In this document: piece after piece, positions 9,234 through 18,762 of the stretch | How the letters are laid out: every line of letters starts with the position of its first letter | How positions within the stretch are numbered: the first letter of the stretch is position 1 | Assembly: GCA_965226025.1 (NCBI GenBank) | Contig: CBDDCD010000001.1 | Location: 970,104 to 1,034,103 of the forward strand | DNA from: Candidatus Moanibacter sp. | Lineage (GTDB): Bacteria > Verrucomicrobiota > Verrucomicrobiia > Opitutales > UBA2987 | DNA length: 64,000 bases | Direction of reading: 5' to 3' | The notes under the pieces: model-generated | The model's database searches: none | Told to the model about the DNA's origin: nothing | The model's input: the letters and a program-made list of their open reading frames with translations, nothing else | Translations under genes and position numbers: made by a program

Positions 9234-9818
9234 ATGGGTTTCAAATTCACACGCCTGAACATCCCGGAAGTGGTACTTATCGATGCCCAGCCGATCGAGG
9301 ACCATCGGGGATTCCTCGTGGAAACCTTTAAGGCCTCGGACTTCGAACGCTGCGGAATTTCGACGGATTTCGTTCAGGAGAACCACTCCGTCTCCCGGTT
9401 GTCGGTTATCAGAGGTCTACACTATCAGCTCTGCCCCATGCAGCAGGGGAAGCTAGTCCGCGTGATTCGGGGCGAACTCTTCGATGTTGCGGTTGATATC
9501 CGAATCAACTCACCAACCTACGGACAGTGGACGGGTGTTCCTCTTTCATCGAAAAGACATCAAGCTATTTGGGTGCCCCCCGGCTTCGCCCATGGGACCT
9601 GCAGCCTCACCGATCGTACAGAGGTTGTTTACATGCTGACCCGGGAATACAACCCGCAGTCGGAACGCGGATTTGCCTGGAACGATCCCAACCTCGACAT
9701 CCACTGGCCCGTGAAAGATCCAATCCTTTCTGAGAAGGACCGATTTCTTCCGCAATTCGGGGAGGTCGAGAACAATCTCTACTGGCACGGGAGCGAGGTC
9801 GCTACTTTCATCGGCTAG
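9234..9818 (+). CDS. rfbC: dTDP-4-dehydrorhamnose 3,5-epimerase
   Basis: DHRGFL.E, FVQENHSVS...IRGLHYQ, QGKLVRV..G..FDVAVDIR, PPGFAHG. Confidence 0.96.
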   Translation: MGFKFTRLNIPEVVLIDAQPIEDHRGFLVETFKASDFERCGISTDFVQENHSVSRLSVIRGLHYQLCPMQQGKLVRVIRGELFDVAVDIRINSPTYGQWTGVPLSSKRHQAIWVPPGFAHGTCSLTDRTEVVYMLTREYNPQSERGFAWNDPNLDIHWPVKDPILSEKDRFLPQFGEVENNLYWHGSEVATFIG

Positions 9819-9918
9819 GAATCTATCAGACTTCGAATTTCGAACCATCGATGAGGTTCGGATGGAACGGTGAGGGGTGTAAATCAGGACCGGGTTCATG
9901 GCGACAGATTCCTAGCCG

Positions 9919-10914
9919 ATGAAGGTACTTATCAGCGGAGCGGCCGGCTACATTGGATCGGTATTGGTGCCGCACTTGCTCTGCCAAGGCCACCGGGTCG
10001 TGGCAGTTGACCGCTTTCTCTTTGGCCGGGACACCCTGCCCCCGGCGTCGGACGATTTGACCATTCTAGAGAGAGACATTCGGTCGATAGATTCAGATCT
10101 CTTTACGTCTCAGAGTCTGATCGACGCCGTTATTGATCTGGCGGCCTTGTCCAACGATCCGGCAGGGGAAATCGATCCGGAGGTGACCCATTCGATCAAC
10201 CACCGAGCGCGGGTTCGAGTTGCTTCGATTGCCAAGTGTTCTGGGACTCCCAGATACATTCTGCCATCCTCCTGCAGCGTATACGGGTTTCAGAAAGGCA
10301 CGGTCGACGAGACTTCTGAACTCCGCCCCCTCACGACCTACGCAAAAGCGAATCGACAAGCAGAGAAGGATGTCCTCGCCCTCGCTAATCAGGAATTCTG
10401 TCCCACCATCCTTCGATTAGCGACCGTCTATGGCCTCTCACCGAGGATGCGTTTCGATCTCGCAGTCAACGGAATGGTGCGAGGCTTTTTTGTCGACGGA
10501 AGAATCCCAATATTACGGGAGGGAAGACAGTGGCGACCGTTTGTCCACGTCCTTGATGTCGCTCGTGCCTTTGAAATCATGTTATCAGCGGATAGGAATA
10601 CGATCGCCACAGAGATTTTCAATGTCGGATCGAACGACCAGAACCATCAAATTTTTGAACTCGCCGAACGGGTCTCCTCGGCAATTGGGCTACCCTTTGA
10701 ATTCGAATAGTACGGATCGCCGGATAATCGCTCTTACAAAGTATGCTTTGACAAAATCGCTCGCCAGACCGCTTTCACAACTCAACGGCGGGTAGAAGAT
10801 GGCGCCCGCGAAATATGGAGCGCCCTGAACGATAGCAAGCTGGATCCAGACCTCGCAGAAGCGATCACGGTCGACTGGTACCGGAAATTACTTGCCGATG
10901 GGGTTGAGCTCTAG
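9919..10914 (+). pseudogene. NAD-dependent nucleotide-sugar epimerase/dehydratase with an internal amber stop at 10708-10710
   Basis: GAAGYIG and YAKAN SDR motifs. After FEFE-TAG the same frame continues YGSPDNRSYKVCFDKI... for 68 codons to TAG at 10912-10914. Confidence 0.8.
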
Positions 10915-11009
10915 CCCGCCTTTCTCACCATATTTTCGAGCAAGGTTTTGCTGCAGTGCGTTTCTTCCGTTCTGTTGCTGCATGGCGGCCACAAAAGCGG
11001 GCTATTCTA

Positions 11010-12826
11010 GAGGCTGTCCCAAATCCGAGAGGATTTGGGTGGAAGCCTGATACCGATATCAATCTTCGTCACGTTATGTAGACCACGACATGCCTTCCGT
11101 CCTCGGTAGCTTACCTTTTATCCGTTATGCACCTTTCCAGCACCCTTCCTCTCGCTTTGAGTCGATAGTTCTCCCAAGGAAGCGCCTCTGACTCGATTCT
11201 TGGATCCCTATGCCGCCTGCGTTGCCTCTTTCTCATGTTCTTGCGCAAGTCTCTGCGCGATTTTCCATAGATTGTGGGACAGAACCGACCAGGCCACGCT
11301 AAGGTTACGGTTGTCAAAGCCTTTGCTGCGTATCTTGCCCCCGTGCCATCGGTTCTTGAGCACTCCGATCCGGCCTTCGGTGCTCCCTCGTCGTCGCTGC
11401 AACCGGACAAAGCGCGGCTCCTCCATCCGCTCCTTGAGCTCTTGTGGATTGCGGGGCGTAAGGGCGTCAAAAATCCCCTCTGCCTGGAGCCGCTTGCTGG
11501 CCGCCTTCGAGGCATAGCCCCGATCCCCACTGATCGCTTCGATCTTCTCCTCTAAAGCGAAGCCCTTTTGCCTCTCCAGACTTTCCCAAAGCTGCTTCAA
11601 TTCGCTCGGGGCCTGCCCCCCATACAGTTTCCAGTCCAACAGATATCCCTCTGCGCTCTCGCATAAATAAAGGGTGTTGCCAAACTCCACCTCCCGATCT
11701 GCCTTGCCTCGCACGATGACGTCAATCTCAGGTTCGTAGGCGCTCAGGATCTTCTCCTCATTCTTCACCTGCCGCCCCCCTATGATCCGTTCGTGCGCCT
11801 GTTTCATGACCTGCGGTATCTGCTCTAACATACCATCCATTCGCTCGATGATTCGGCTCGCCTTCTTCTCGGTGTAATCGCTTTGCATCCACATAGCTTC
11901 CAATAAGTCACGGTGGCGAAGGGCATGGCCCTCAATCTTCTTGAGCAATAGCTTCATCCGCCGCAGGATCCCTTTACGCGCTTTGCCCGCCTCCCGGCGC
12001 CGACGCGCATGCGTCATCTCCAGGCACCGTTTGTTCATCTCCCGAGCCAATCCCTTTGCTCCCTGGGGCATGCGCTGTTTCATTCCCGCCTGCCCGATCA
12101 GACTGATCGCCTTGAGCAGCGTTGCTCCCACATCCTTGAGCAAGACCCAGTCCACGGGCCAGTGGATGTTCGCTTCCAGGCAAGTGGCGTCGATCAGGCA
12201 TTCCCTCGTATCGATCGGCTTCTCTAATCCTGCCTCACCACAATGTTCAGCATTGCCCACCACCTCGGTCATCCTTGCATGCAGCTGTCTCAGATACGCT
12301 TCGTCGAAGAATTTCGAATCCCGTTCCAGACTGCTCTTCGATATTTTCCGGATCCCGTCTACCTCACGCACCCGGCAAAAATTAGCCAGAAGCTCACTGC
12401 GTCCCAACTCCTGCGACAGACAACGAAAGGATATCCCTCCGAGTAAATGACGCACCACCTCCACCCGCAGCGCTTTTATCGCTCTTAGAGCGCGTCGCTC
12501 CCGATCCTTCCCTCCCGCTTCATCCCATCCTTCCAAGGCTTTTACGATCGCCTCCCTTTCCAGCGAGGAGTCGATCAAAACCCGGTCAATCCGCTCCATT
12601 GTTTCCAGAAACACGGTGTAGTCTTTGCATCGAATGACTGGAGTTAGGGCTGGACGCAGGAAGCTTTGTACGGCAATATTTTTCATGAGAAGGGCGTGCT
12701 TTGTATTTGACTAACGCAAGCATAAGCGCCCTTTTTCGCCGGATCGAGCTTTTTGCAGCTCTATCCGGCCTTTTTTTTGCCCATAACTCATTAAAAATCA
12801 ATTGTTTCCACCACTGGGACGGGCTC
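11010..12826 (-). mobile_element. IS5-family insertion sequence, copy 1 (1817 bp)
   Basis: Terminal IRs GAGGCTGTCCCA / GAGCCCGTCCCA (10 of 12); near-identical to 30565-32380 and 59917-61722. Confidence 0.93.
11208..12686 (-). CDS. IS5-family DDE transposase (492 aa)
   Basis: IDATCLEANIHWPVD, KILSAYEP...RGKA..EVEFG, SGDRGY, RRGSTEGRIG. Confidence 0.92.
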   Translation of the reverse strand: MKNIAVQSFLRPALTPVIRCKDYTVFLETMERIDRVLIDSSLEREAIVKALEGWDEAGGKDRERRALRAIKALRVEVVRHLLGGISFRCLSQELGRSELLANFCRVREVDGIRKISKSSLERDSKFFDEAYLRQLHARMTEVVGNAEHCGEAGLEKPIDTRECLIDATCLEANIHWPVDWVLLKDVGATLLKAISLIGQAGMKQRMPQGAKGLAREMNKRCLEMTHARRRREAGKARKGILRRMKLLLKKIEGHALRHRDLLEAMWMQSDYTEKKASRIIERMDGMLEQIPQVMKQAHERIIGGRQVKNEEKILSAYEPEIDVIVRGKADREVEFGNTLYLCESAEGYLLDWKLYGGQAPSELKQLWESLERQKGFALEEKIEAISGDRGYASKAASKRLQAEGIFDALTPRNPQELKERMEEPRFVRLQRRRGSTEGRIGVLKNRWHGGKIRSKGFDNRNLSVAWSVLSHNLWKIAQRLAQEHEKEATQAA

Positions 12827-12959
12827 TATGCTATCTCAGTGCTCAACTCTTACCGAATCTACGTCTTTGATTACTGAATCCAGACGCTTTTGCTTGGCAT
12901 GGGAGATCGTGACCGTATGCTGCGTTGCACTAACTTACTAATCAGCGGGGTTCGAAAGA

Positions 12960-15236
12960 ATGAATAACGGAAAATACAAGATCATTGGAACGCGACCAAT
13001 TCGGCACGACGGCCTCGACAAAGTCACCGGCCGGGCGCTCTACGGGGCGGACGTGCGACTGCCGAAAATGCTCTACGGTAAAGTGAAGCGGAGTCCCCAC
13101 GCTCACGCCCGGATTCTCTCCATAGATTGTAGCAAAGCACTGAAGATGCCGGGGGTCAGAGCGGTCGCAACGGCTGACGATCTCGTCGATACGGTGGATA
13201 AGATGTCCGACATCGGAGAGACGGTCGTTAATGTCCGGGAAGTGGTCTCGAACTCTTTGGCTTCGGATAAAGTGCTCTACAAGGGGCATTCGGTAGCCGC
13301 GGTAGCCGCGATCAGCCCCCACATCGCAGAAGACGCACTCGACCTGATCGAGGTGGAGTACGAACCGCTCCCGCCCGTTATCGATGTTTTGGAGGCGATG
13401 AAAGACGACGCCCCTCTCCTCAATGAGAATATGACGACGAAATCTCTCGGAGAGGATTCAAAGAAACCGAGCAATATCGCCTCACACAATCAGTATAAGC
13501 TTGGAGACCCGGAAAAAGGATTTGCTGAAGCAGATGTCATTGTTGAGCGTGAATTCCGTACCGCCACTGTCCACCAGGGTTATATCGAGCCGCACAATAC
13601 TACCGTCTACTGGAGGGAGGATGGAAATATCACGGTATGGGTAAGCACCCAGGGCCCCTTCCAGATTCGCGATCAACTGGCCGATGTGCTGCAAATGCCG
13701 GTCTCTAGAATCAAGGTAATTCCATGTGAAATCGGCGGAGGATTCGGCGCTAAATTCCCCATCTATATGGAGCCGGCGGCGGCAGTGATGTCCCAAAAGA
13801 CCGGGTGCCCTGTAAAAATGGTAATGACTCGGACGGAGGAATTTGAAGCCACCGGCCCTGCTCCCGGATCCTACATGAAAGTGAAGATGGGAGCCACAAA
13901 CGAAGGCAAGATCGTCGCAGCATATGCTTACTTGGCCTATGAGGCCGGCGCCTATCCCGGTTCCGCGGTTGGCGCAGGAGCGCTCTGCATTTTCTCCCCT
14001 TATAATATCGAAAATCTCATCATCGATGCCTACGACGTCGTCGTCAACAAACCCAAATCAACCGCTTATCGAGCGCCCGGTGCCCCCAATGCCGCCTTTG
14101 CCGCGGAATCCGTCCTCGATGAAATTGCGGAGAAATTGGATCTCGACCCGCTGGAGTTTCGTCTTGCCAACGGGGCCGAAGAGGGCACACGGCGTGCCGA
14201 TAGTCTGAACTTCAGCCGTATCGGTTTTAAGGAGACCGTACAGGCGGCTCTGGACTCCGATCACTATCGATCTGAATTGAAGGGATCCAATCGAGGACGC
14301 GGGATCGCCTCTGGCTACTGGTTGAACGGTGGCGGGCAGTCGGCCGCTACATTAAGTGTCAACCCGAATGGAACCGTTAACCTGGTGGAAGGTTCAGCCG
14401 ATATCGGCGGAACCCGCGCCTCGATGGCTATGATCGTCGCGGAGGAGCTTTGCCTGAAAGCAGAGGATGTGAATCCACAGGTCGTTGATACCGACTCAGT
14501 CGGATTCACCGACGGGACCGGCGGAAGCCGGGTCACCTATGCCACCGGGAAGGCTTGCTATCTGGCCGCCAAAGAGCTCAAAAATAAGATGATCGAGCGC
14601 GCCGCCCAACAGATGGAAGTGGACCAGGACTCAGTCATTTTCGAGGAGGGGCGATTCGTCTGCCCAGAAGATGGAGAAAAGAGCCTGACATTCAGTGAAA
14701 TTGCCTCTGAACAGGGAAAGACGGGAGGACCTCTCACAGCCGATGGCGCTGTCAATGCCGGAGGACCGACCAATGCTTTCGCTACCCACATCGTTGACGT
14801 GGAAGTCGATCCCGAAACAGGCAAAGTCGAAATTCTCCGCTATTCCGCCGTCCAAGACGTCGGAACTGCAATCCATCCCAGCTATGTGGAGAGTCAGATG
14901 CAAGGTGGTGTCGCTCAAGGGGTCGGCTGGGCGTTGAATGAGGAATTCTTCTTTAACGATGACGGTTCCCTCGCTAATACCAGCTTTCTCGACTACCGTA
15001 TGCCGACTTCATTCGACCTTCCCATGATCGAGACGATTCTTGTCGAGGTGCCCAATCCATTGAGCCCACACGGTATTCGAGGCGTGGGTGAAGTCCCGAT
15101 CGTCCCCCCACTCGCCGCTGTCGCCAATGCCGTCTACCACGCGGTAGGTAAACGCATGGATTCCCTGCCGATCAATCCCGGTCGCCTCTGCGCCGCTCTC
15201 AAAAAGAGCGAAGAACCAGTCCTGGCGGAGACGTAG
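12960..15236 (+). CDS. Xanthine dehydrogenase/CoxL-family molybdopterin-binding subunit
   Basis: KVTGRALYGAD, RSPHAHA, QGYIEPH, GGGFGAK, YRAPG, QMQGGVAQG, RGVGE. Confidence 0.93.
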   Translation: MNNGKYKIIGTRPIRHDGLDKVTGRALYGADVRLPKMLYGKVKRSPHAHARILSIDCSKALKMPGVRAVATADDLVDTVDKMSDIGETVVNVREVVSNSLASDKVLYKGHSVAAVAAISPHIAEDALDLIEVEYEPLPPVIDVLEAMKDDAPLLNENMTTKSLGEDSKKPSNIASHNQYKLGDPEKGFAEADVIVEREFRTATVHQGYIEPHNTTVYWREDGNITVWVSTQGPFQIRDQLADVLQMPVSRIKVIPCEIGGGFGAKFPIYMEPAAAVMSQKTGCPVKMVMTRTEEFEATGPAPGSYMKVKMGATNEGKIVAAYAYLAYEAGAYPGSAVGAGALCIFSPYNIENLIIDAYDVVVNKPKSTAYRAPGAPNAAFAAESVLDEIAEKLDLDPLEFRLANGAEEGTRRADSLNFSRIGFKETVQAALDSDHYRSELKGSNRGRGIASGYWLNGGGQSAATLSVNPNGTVNLVEGSADIGGTRASMAMIVAEELCLKAEDVNPQVVDTDSVGFTDGTGGSRVTYATGKACYLAAKELKNKMIERAAQQMEVDQDSVIFEEGRFVCPEDGEKSLTFSEIASEQGKTGGPLTADGAVNAGGPTNAFATHIVDVEVDPETGKVEILRYSAVQDVGTAIHPSYVESQMQGGVAQGVGWALNEEFFFNDDGSLANTSFLDYRMPTSFDLPMIETILVEVPNPLSPHGIRGVGEVPIVPPLAAVANAVYHAVGKRMDSLPINPGRLCAALKKSEEPVLAET

Positions 15237-15410
15237 TTTCAGCTCGGCCGAAAGTGTAATCCTTCGACCCTCTAACTACGGGGCACCGTTCTCCGTCGCC
15301 GGATTCGAAAGAATCCCAGCTTCTCCCATTTTCCTAGCCACACACCAGTCGAAAAAGGTCGATAGCCGGCCCAGCTTCAGCGGTTAGTCGAGCTTCTGTG
15401 CGGGACTTGC

Positions 15411-16003
15411 TCAAGATTCTTTGTGATTTTGTCTGTGTTCATCCTCATCGACTCGGAGTTGCACCAGACCACGGAGCATGAGCGATTTGGTATAGCCGAT
15501 GATGGCGAGTTCACACTCCTTGCGATTAAGACGAAACTGTTTTCGGAGCTTGCTCCCGATTGATCCGAGGTCTCTCTCACCGTCAATTTGCTGCCAAAAG
15601 AAACTCCCCATTTCGTCGAGATTCAGTCTCACATTTCGACGGTATCCGAATTTATCGTCAAGGAAACGCATCAGAGGAGAATTGGGTTCAACGCGCAATC
15701 TTAGTTGCAGCATCGATCGGTTGTCTCTCTTTGCCTCAACACCGGGAGTGATCGAAGGTACGGCGGCGAATGGATCTCTCGTTTGCCTCAACACCGGGAG
15801 TGATCGAAGGTACGGCGGCGAATGGATCTCTCGGTTTGTCTCTCTTTGCCTCAACACCGGATCGAAGGTACGGCGGCGAATGGATCTCTCGGTTTGTCTC
15901 TCTTTGCCTCAACACCGGGAGTGATCGAAGGTACGGCGGCGAATGGATCTCTCGGTTTGATTCCTGTTCGCCCATTGCGGGGGGTCCCAGTGCTGTTACT
16001 CAT
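15411..16003 (-). pseudogene. PqqD-like (RiPP recognition element fold) protein disrupted by an out-of-frame tandem amplification
   Basis: C-terminus LDEMGSFFWQQIDGERDLGSI...AIIGYTKSLMLRGLV resembles PqqD. ATG 16003 overlaps the upstream TAA. Removing the 173 extra repeat bases leaves a 420-bp ORF (139 aa). Confidence 0.65.
15719..15959. repeat. Four tandem copies of a 63-bp unit, two with deletions (11 and 5 bp)
   Basis: Unit TTTGTCTCTCTTTGCCTCAACACCGGGAGTGATCGAAGGTACGGCGGCGAATGGATCTCTCGG, encoding PRDPFAAVPSITPGVEAKRDK on the minus strand. Confidence 0.92.
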
Positions 16004-16934
16004 TGAGCCTGATTATCATCGAACTGAAGCGATCGTTCCAGTCACCCCCGCCTCTCAACGGGACGTATTTGAGATTCTCTACGTCCGTTGTGAAGCTGAT
16101 CGATCGGCCTCGGAATCCGTTGTGTTCGAAGAGTTCGATTGTATAATTCCCTTCGATTCCAATTGACGAAACGGCATCATTCAGATCGGGAATTTCCGAC
16201 ATATTGTGCAATCGATACTCTCCCCGAAAGTGCCACCTGCGCCCTCGAAATTCAGTATGCTGAAAGAGGCAGACTCCGGTTCTCTCATCTTCGCTGGCTT
16301 CTTCTATCTGTTTGGATACATCTCCACGATGCGGGCGGGTCGGAAGGACCTTCAAAGAGGAAGCTTCATTTTTCCAGTTGCGATAGGATGAACTCCGATC
16401 CCGGTAATCCTGAGCCACACTTCCGATTCGAATACCACCACTCTGGCCCCCGCTCGCGCTGGCCCCTCGGTACGGCCCGTGATTCTGAGCGCTATCAGAT
16501 TGTGCGGGCCCGGATTGTGCCTCGGCTCCTTCGTCGGACTGAGGCGCAAATACTACACCGAGAAAGGCCGCGAATGGATCGACCTCCTCTGTTTCCCGAT
16601 ACCTCGTCGGGATTCCCATTTCGATATGGGACAGGTCAAAGACATTGTTAATAATCCGAACCGATCGTCCCCGATAGTTTTCGTGCTCGTACAGAATAAT
16701 CTCGGCGTCGCCCTCGATAAGAACGGATGCGATCCGGTCCTGGAAGCTCGCCAATCGATCATGAAAGCGAATACGTGCAAGATCACGCAAGTGAACTTCC
16801 GGCTCAATCTCGAGGTAATTTCCTCGAAAACCGGGTTCCGAGAAGAGAACGACGCGGCCCGGCGGTCTTTGCTCGGCCCAGGAGCTAGTTATCGCCACGA
16901 TAAAGAGAGACATTGAAACAAAGTGTGTTTTCAT
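15996..16934 (-). CDS. Secreted beta/gamma-crystallin domain protein
   Basis: Signal peptide MKTHFVSMSLFIVAITSSWA. Greek-key motifs LFSEPGFRG, LYEHENYRG, LFQHTEFRG, LFEHNGFRG paired with D..AS/SS motifs, with a low-complexity G/S/Q linker between domains. Confidence 0.88.
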   Translation of the reverse strand: MKTHFVSMSLFIVAITSSWAEQRPPGRVVLFSEPGFRGNYLEIEPEVHLRDLARIRFHDRLASFQDRIASVLIEGDAEIILYEHENYRGRSVRIINNVFDLSHIEMGIPTRYRETEEVDPFAAFLGVVFAPQSDEGAEAQSGPAQSDSAQNHGPYRGASASGGQSGGIRIGSVAQDYRDRSSSYRNWKNEASSLKVLPTRPHRGDVSKQIEEASEDERTGVCLFQHTEFRGRRWHFRGEYRLHNMSEIPDLNDAVSSIGIEGNYTIELFEHNGFRGRSISFTTDVENLKYVPLRGGGDWNDRFSSMIIRLNE

Positions 16935-16981
16935 CGTTTTTGATTTGGACGCAGATCGACAATAGTTATTCAATCTGATTC

Positions 16982-18088
16982 ATGAAGACAAAAGCTGCAG
17001 TCGCCTACGAAGTTGGAAAATCTGCCGTAGTGGAGGAACTCGAGCTTCGGCCGCCTCGGGAAAATGAGGTCCTCATCAAAATCCGAGCCAGCGGAGTTTG
17101 CCACAGCGACCTCTCTCTGATCAACGGTACAATCGTTCATCCCCTGCCCGAAGTCCTCGGACACGAAGGAGCGGGAACCGTCGTGGAGGTTGGAAAAGGA
17201 GTCACGGAATACAAGCCCGGCGATCCGGTCATGCTCTCTTTCGTCCTCTGCTGTGGAAAATGCGAACAGTGCCAATCCGGTCATCACACTTTGTGTGAAA
17301 TCCACTTTGAAACCCATCGCGGCCGATTGCTCGACGACACTTGCCGCTTCCACAAGAACGGGCTCGAGATCAACCAGTTTTCACGCCTCGGAACGATGTC
17401 TGAGTACACGGTCGTTCCGATAGATACGGTGGTGCCGATGCCGGATGGAAGCTCCCTTCGCACCGCTGCCTTGATCGGTTGCGGTGTATCCACCGGAATC
17501 GGGGCAGTAACCCGGGCGGCTAATGTGCAAGCGGGGGAGAGCGTCTGCATTATTGGGACTGGTGGAGTGGGACTGAATGCGGTCCAAGGGGCCCGTCTCG
17601 TGGGAGCGGAGCCCATAATTGCGGTCGATCGACTGGAAAACAAGCTCCAAGCGGCGATGGAGTTTGGCGCCACTCACACGATCAATTCGACCGAGGTGGA
17701 TCCAGTGGAAGCGGTAAAGGAACTGACTTCCGGAAAAGGAGTCCACTATGCCATCGAAGTCATCGGCTACACCCCCACTATGGAGATGGCTTTCAACATG
17801 CTTCGACATGGCGGCAACGCCGTCATTGTCGGTATCGCGGGTCAGGATCAGAAGGTACAGATCCCTGCCTGGATGCTTCCCTACGGAGAAAGAAAGATCT
17901 CAGGGACATTCATGGGATCTTGTAACCCGCGGGAAGACATGCCGCACTTTCTCAGGCTTTACGAAGAAAAGCGGCTCAAGCTGGACGAGCTGGTTACCCG
18001 TTCCTACGATCTCGAGGAAGTCAACGAGGCTTTCGCCGATCTCGAGGCCGGAAAAAATATCCGAGGCATCATCGATTTTTGGGATTGA
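16982..18088 (+). CDS. Zn-dependent alcohol dehydrogenase (MDR family)
   Basis: GVCHSD, LGHEGAG, CGKCEQC structural Zn site, GCGVSTG, GTGGVG. Confidence 0.94.
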   Translation: MKTKAAVAYEVGKSAVVEELELRPPRENEVLIKIRASGVCHSDLSLINGTIVHPLPEVLGHEGAGTVVEVGKGVTEYKPGDPVMLSFVLCCGKCEQCQSGHHTLCEIHFETHRGRLLDDTCRFHKNGLEINQFSRLGTMSEYTVVPIDTVVPMPDGSSLRTAALIGCGVSTGIGAVTRAANVQAGESVCIIGTGGVGLNAVQGARLVGAEPIIAVDRLENKLQAAMEFGATHTINSTEVDPVEAVKELTSGKGVHYAIEVIGYTPTMEMAFNMLRHGGNAVIVGIAGQDQKVQIPAWMLPYGERKISGTFMGSCNPREDMPHFLRLYEEKRLKLDELVTRSYDLEEVNEAFADLEAGKNIRGIIDFWD

Positions 18089-18184
18089 GGAAGTCAATGT
18101 CTGAAAGACTCCCAGCCCGAAAGGGATTTCCCGGACTGCTACAATCGGGAACTCTCTGAAAATCGAGGGTATGCTGGTGCCCTC

Positions 18185-18511
18185 TCAGCGCGAGATCTGA
18201 ACCCGGCGGACTCCCTTGCCCGACAGTTCGTCGGCGATCAATATCAGGGCCGCCAGGAGCTTGAGCGTACAGACCACGGAAATGACAATGCTCACCTTGA
18301 ATGCGGCAGGGTGAACGGGTTCAGCTTCACTGAGAATCAGCATCATTAGGACGACACTGAATCCGGCAATCGCATGGACACCCTCAAACACCCACATCGG
18401 AAACCTTCTCAATACCCAACCTTGATAGCCGAAGACTTTGACCCAGAACATATGGGTATAAGCGAATCCCGCGACCGAAATCAGTACATACAGAATCAGA
18501 TTTTCTCTCAC
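18185..18511 (-). CDS. Small hypothetical membrane protein (about 3 TM)
   Basis: 108-aa ORF with three hydrophobic stretches; no family recognised. Confidence 0.55.
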   Translation of the reverse strand: MRENLILYVLISVAGFAYTHMFWVKVFGYQGWVLRRFPMWVFEGVHAIAGFSVVLMMLILSEAEPVHPAAFKVSIVISVVCTLKLLAALILIADELSGKGVRRVQISR

Positions 18512-18762
18512 TTCCCGTCCCCCCCCCTTAAACGACTGAAGTTCAGACTCCGAGTTAAGAAGACCGCAATCTTCAACAACCTCGGAACATGACTGTTTTT
18601 GTTTTAGTAGCTTCTAAAGATCATCCTGTCATAAAATAGAGCAAGGTTCAAGCTCAACCGAGATAGGCCTTCAGGATTCAAGCGTCCATCTAATTGGGCG
18701 GGTTCTCCAACACACCATGCATCCTCAACGAATTCAGAAAATCAAACCCGACAGATTCCTAG

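Noticed and set aside
10708-10710. Pyrrolysine or alternative genetic code
   Set aside because: Many genes in the window terminate normally at TAG and no pyl genes are present.
11111-11664. Small ORFs repeated three times in the ORF track (139, 105, 93, 65 aa and others)
   Set aside because: They are alternative-frame ORFs within the IS5 copies with no independent support.
15719-15959. Possible CRISPR array
   Set aside because: Units are contiguous copies with no unique spacers, the unit is coding sequence, and there are no cas genes.
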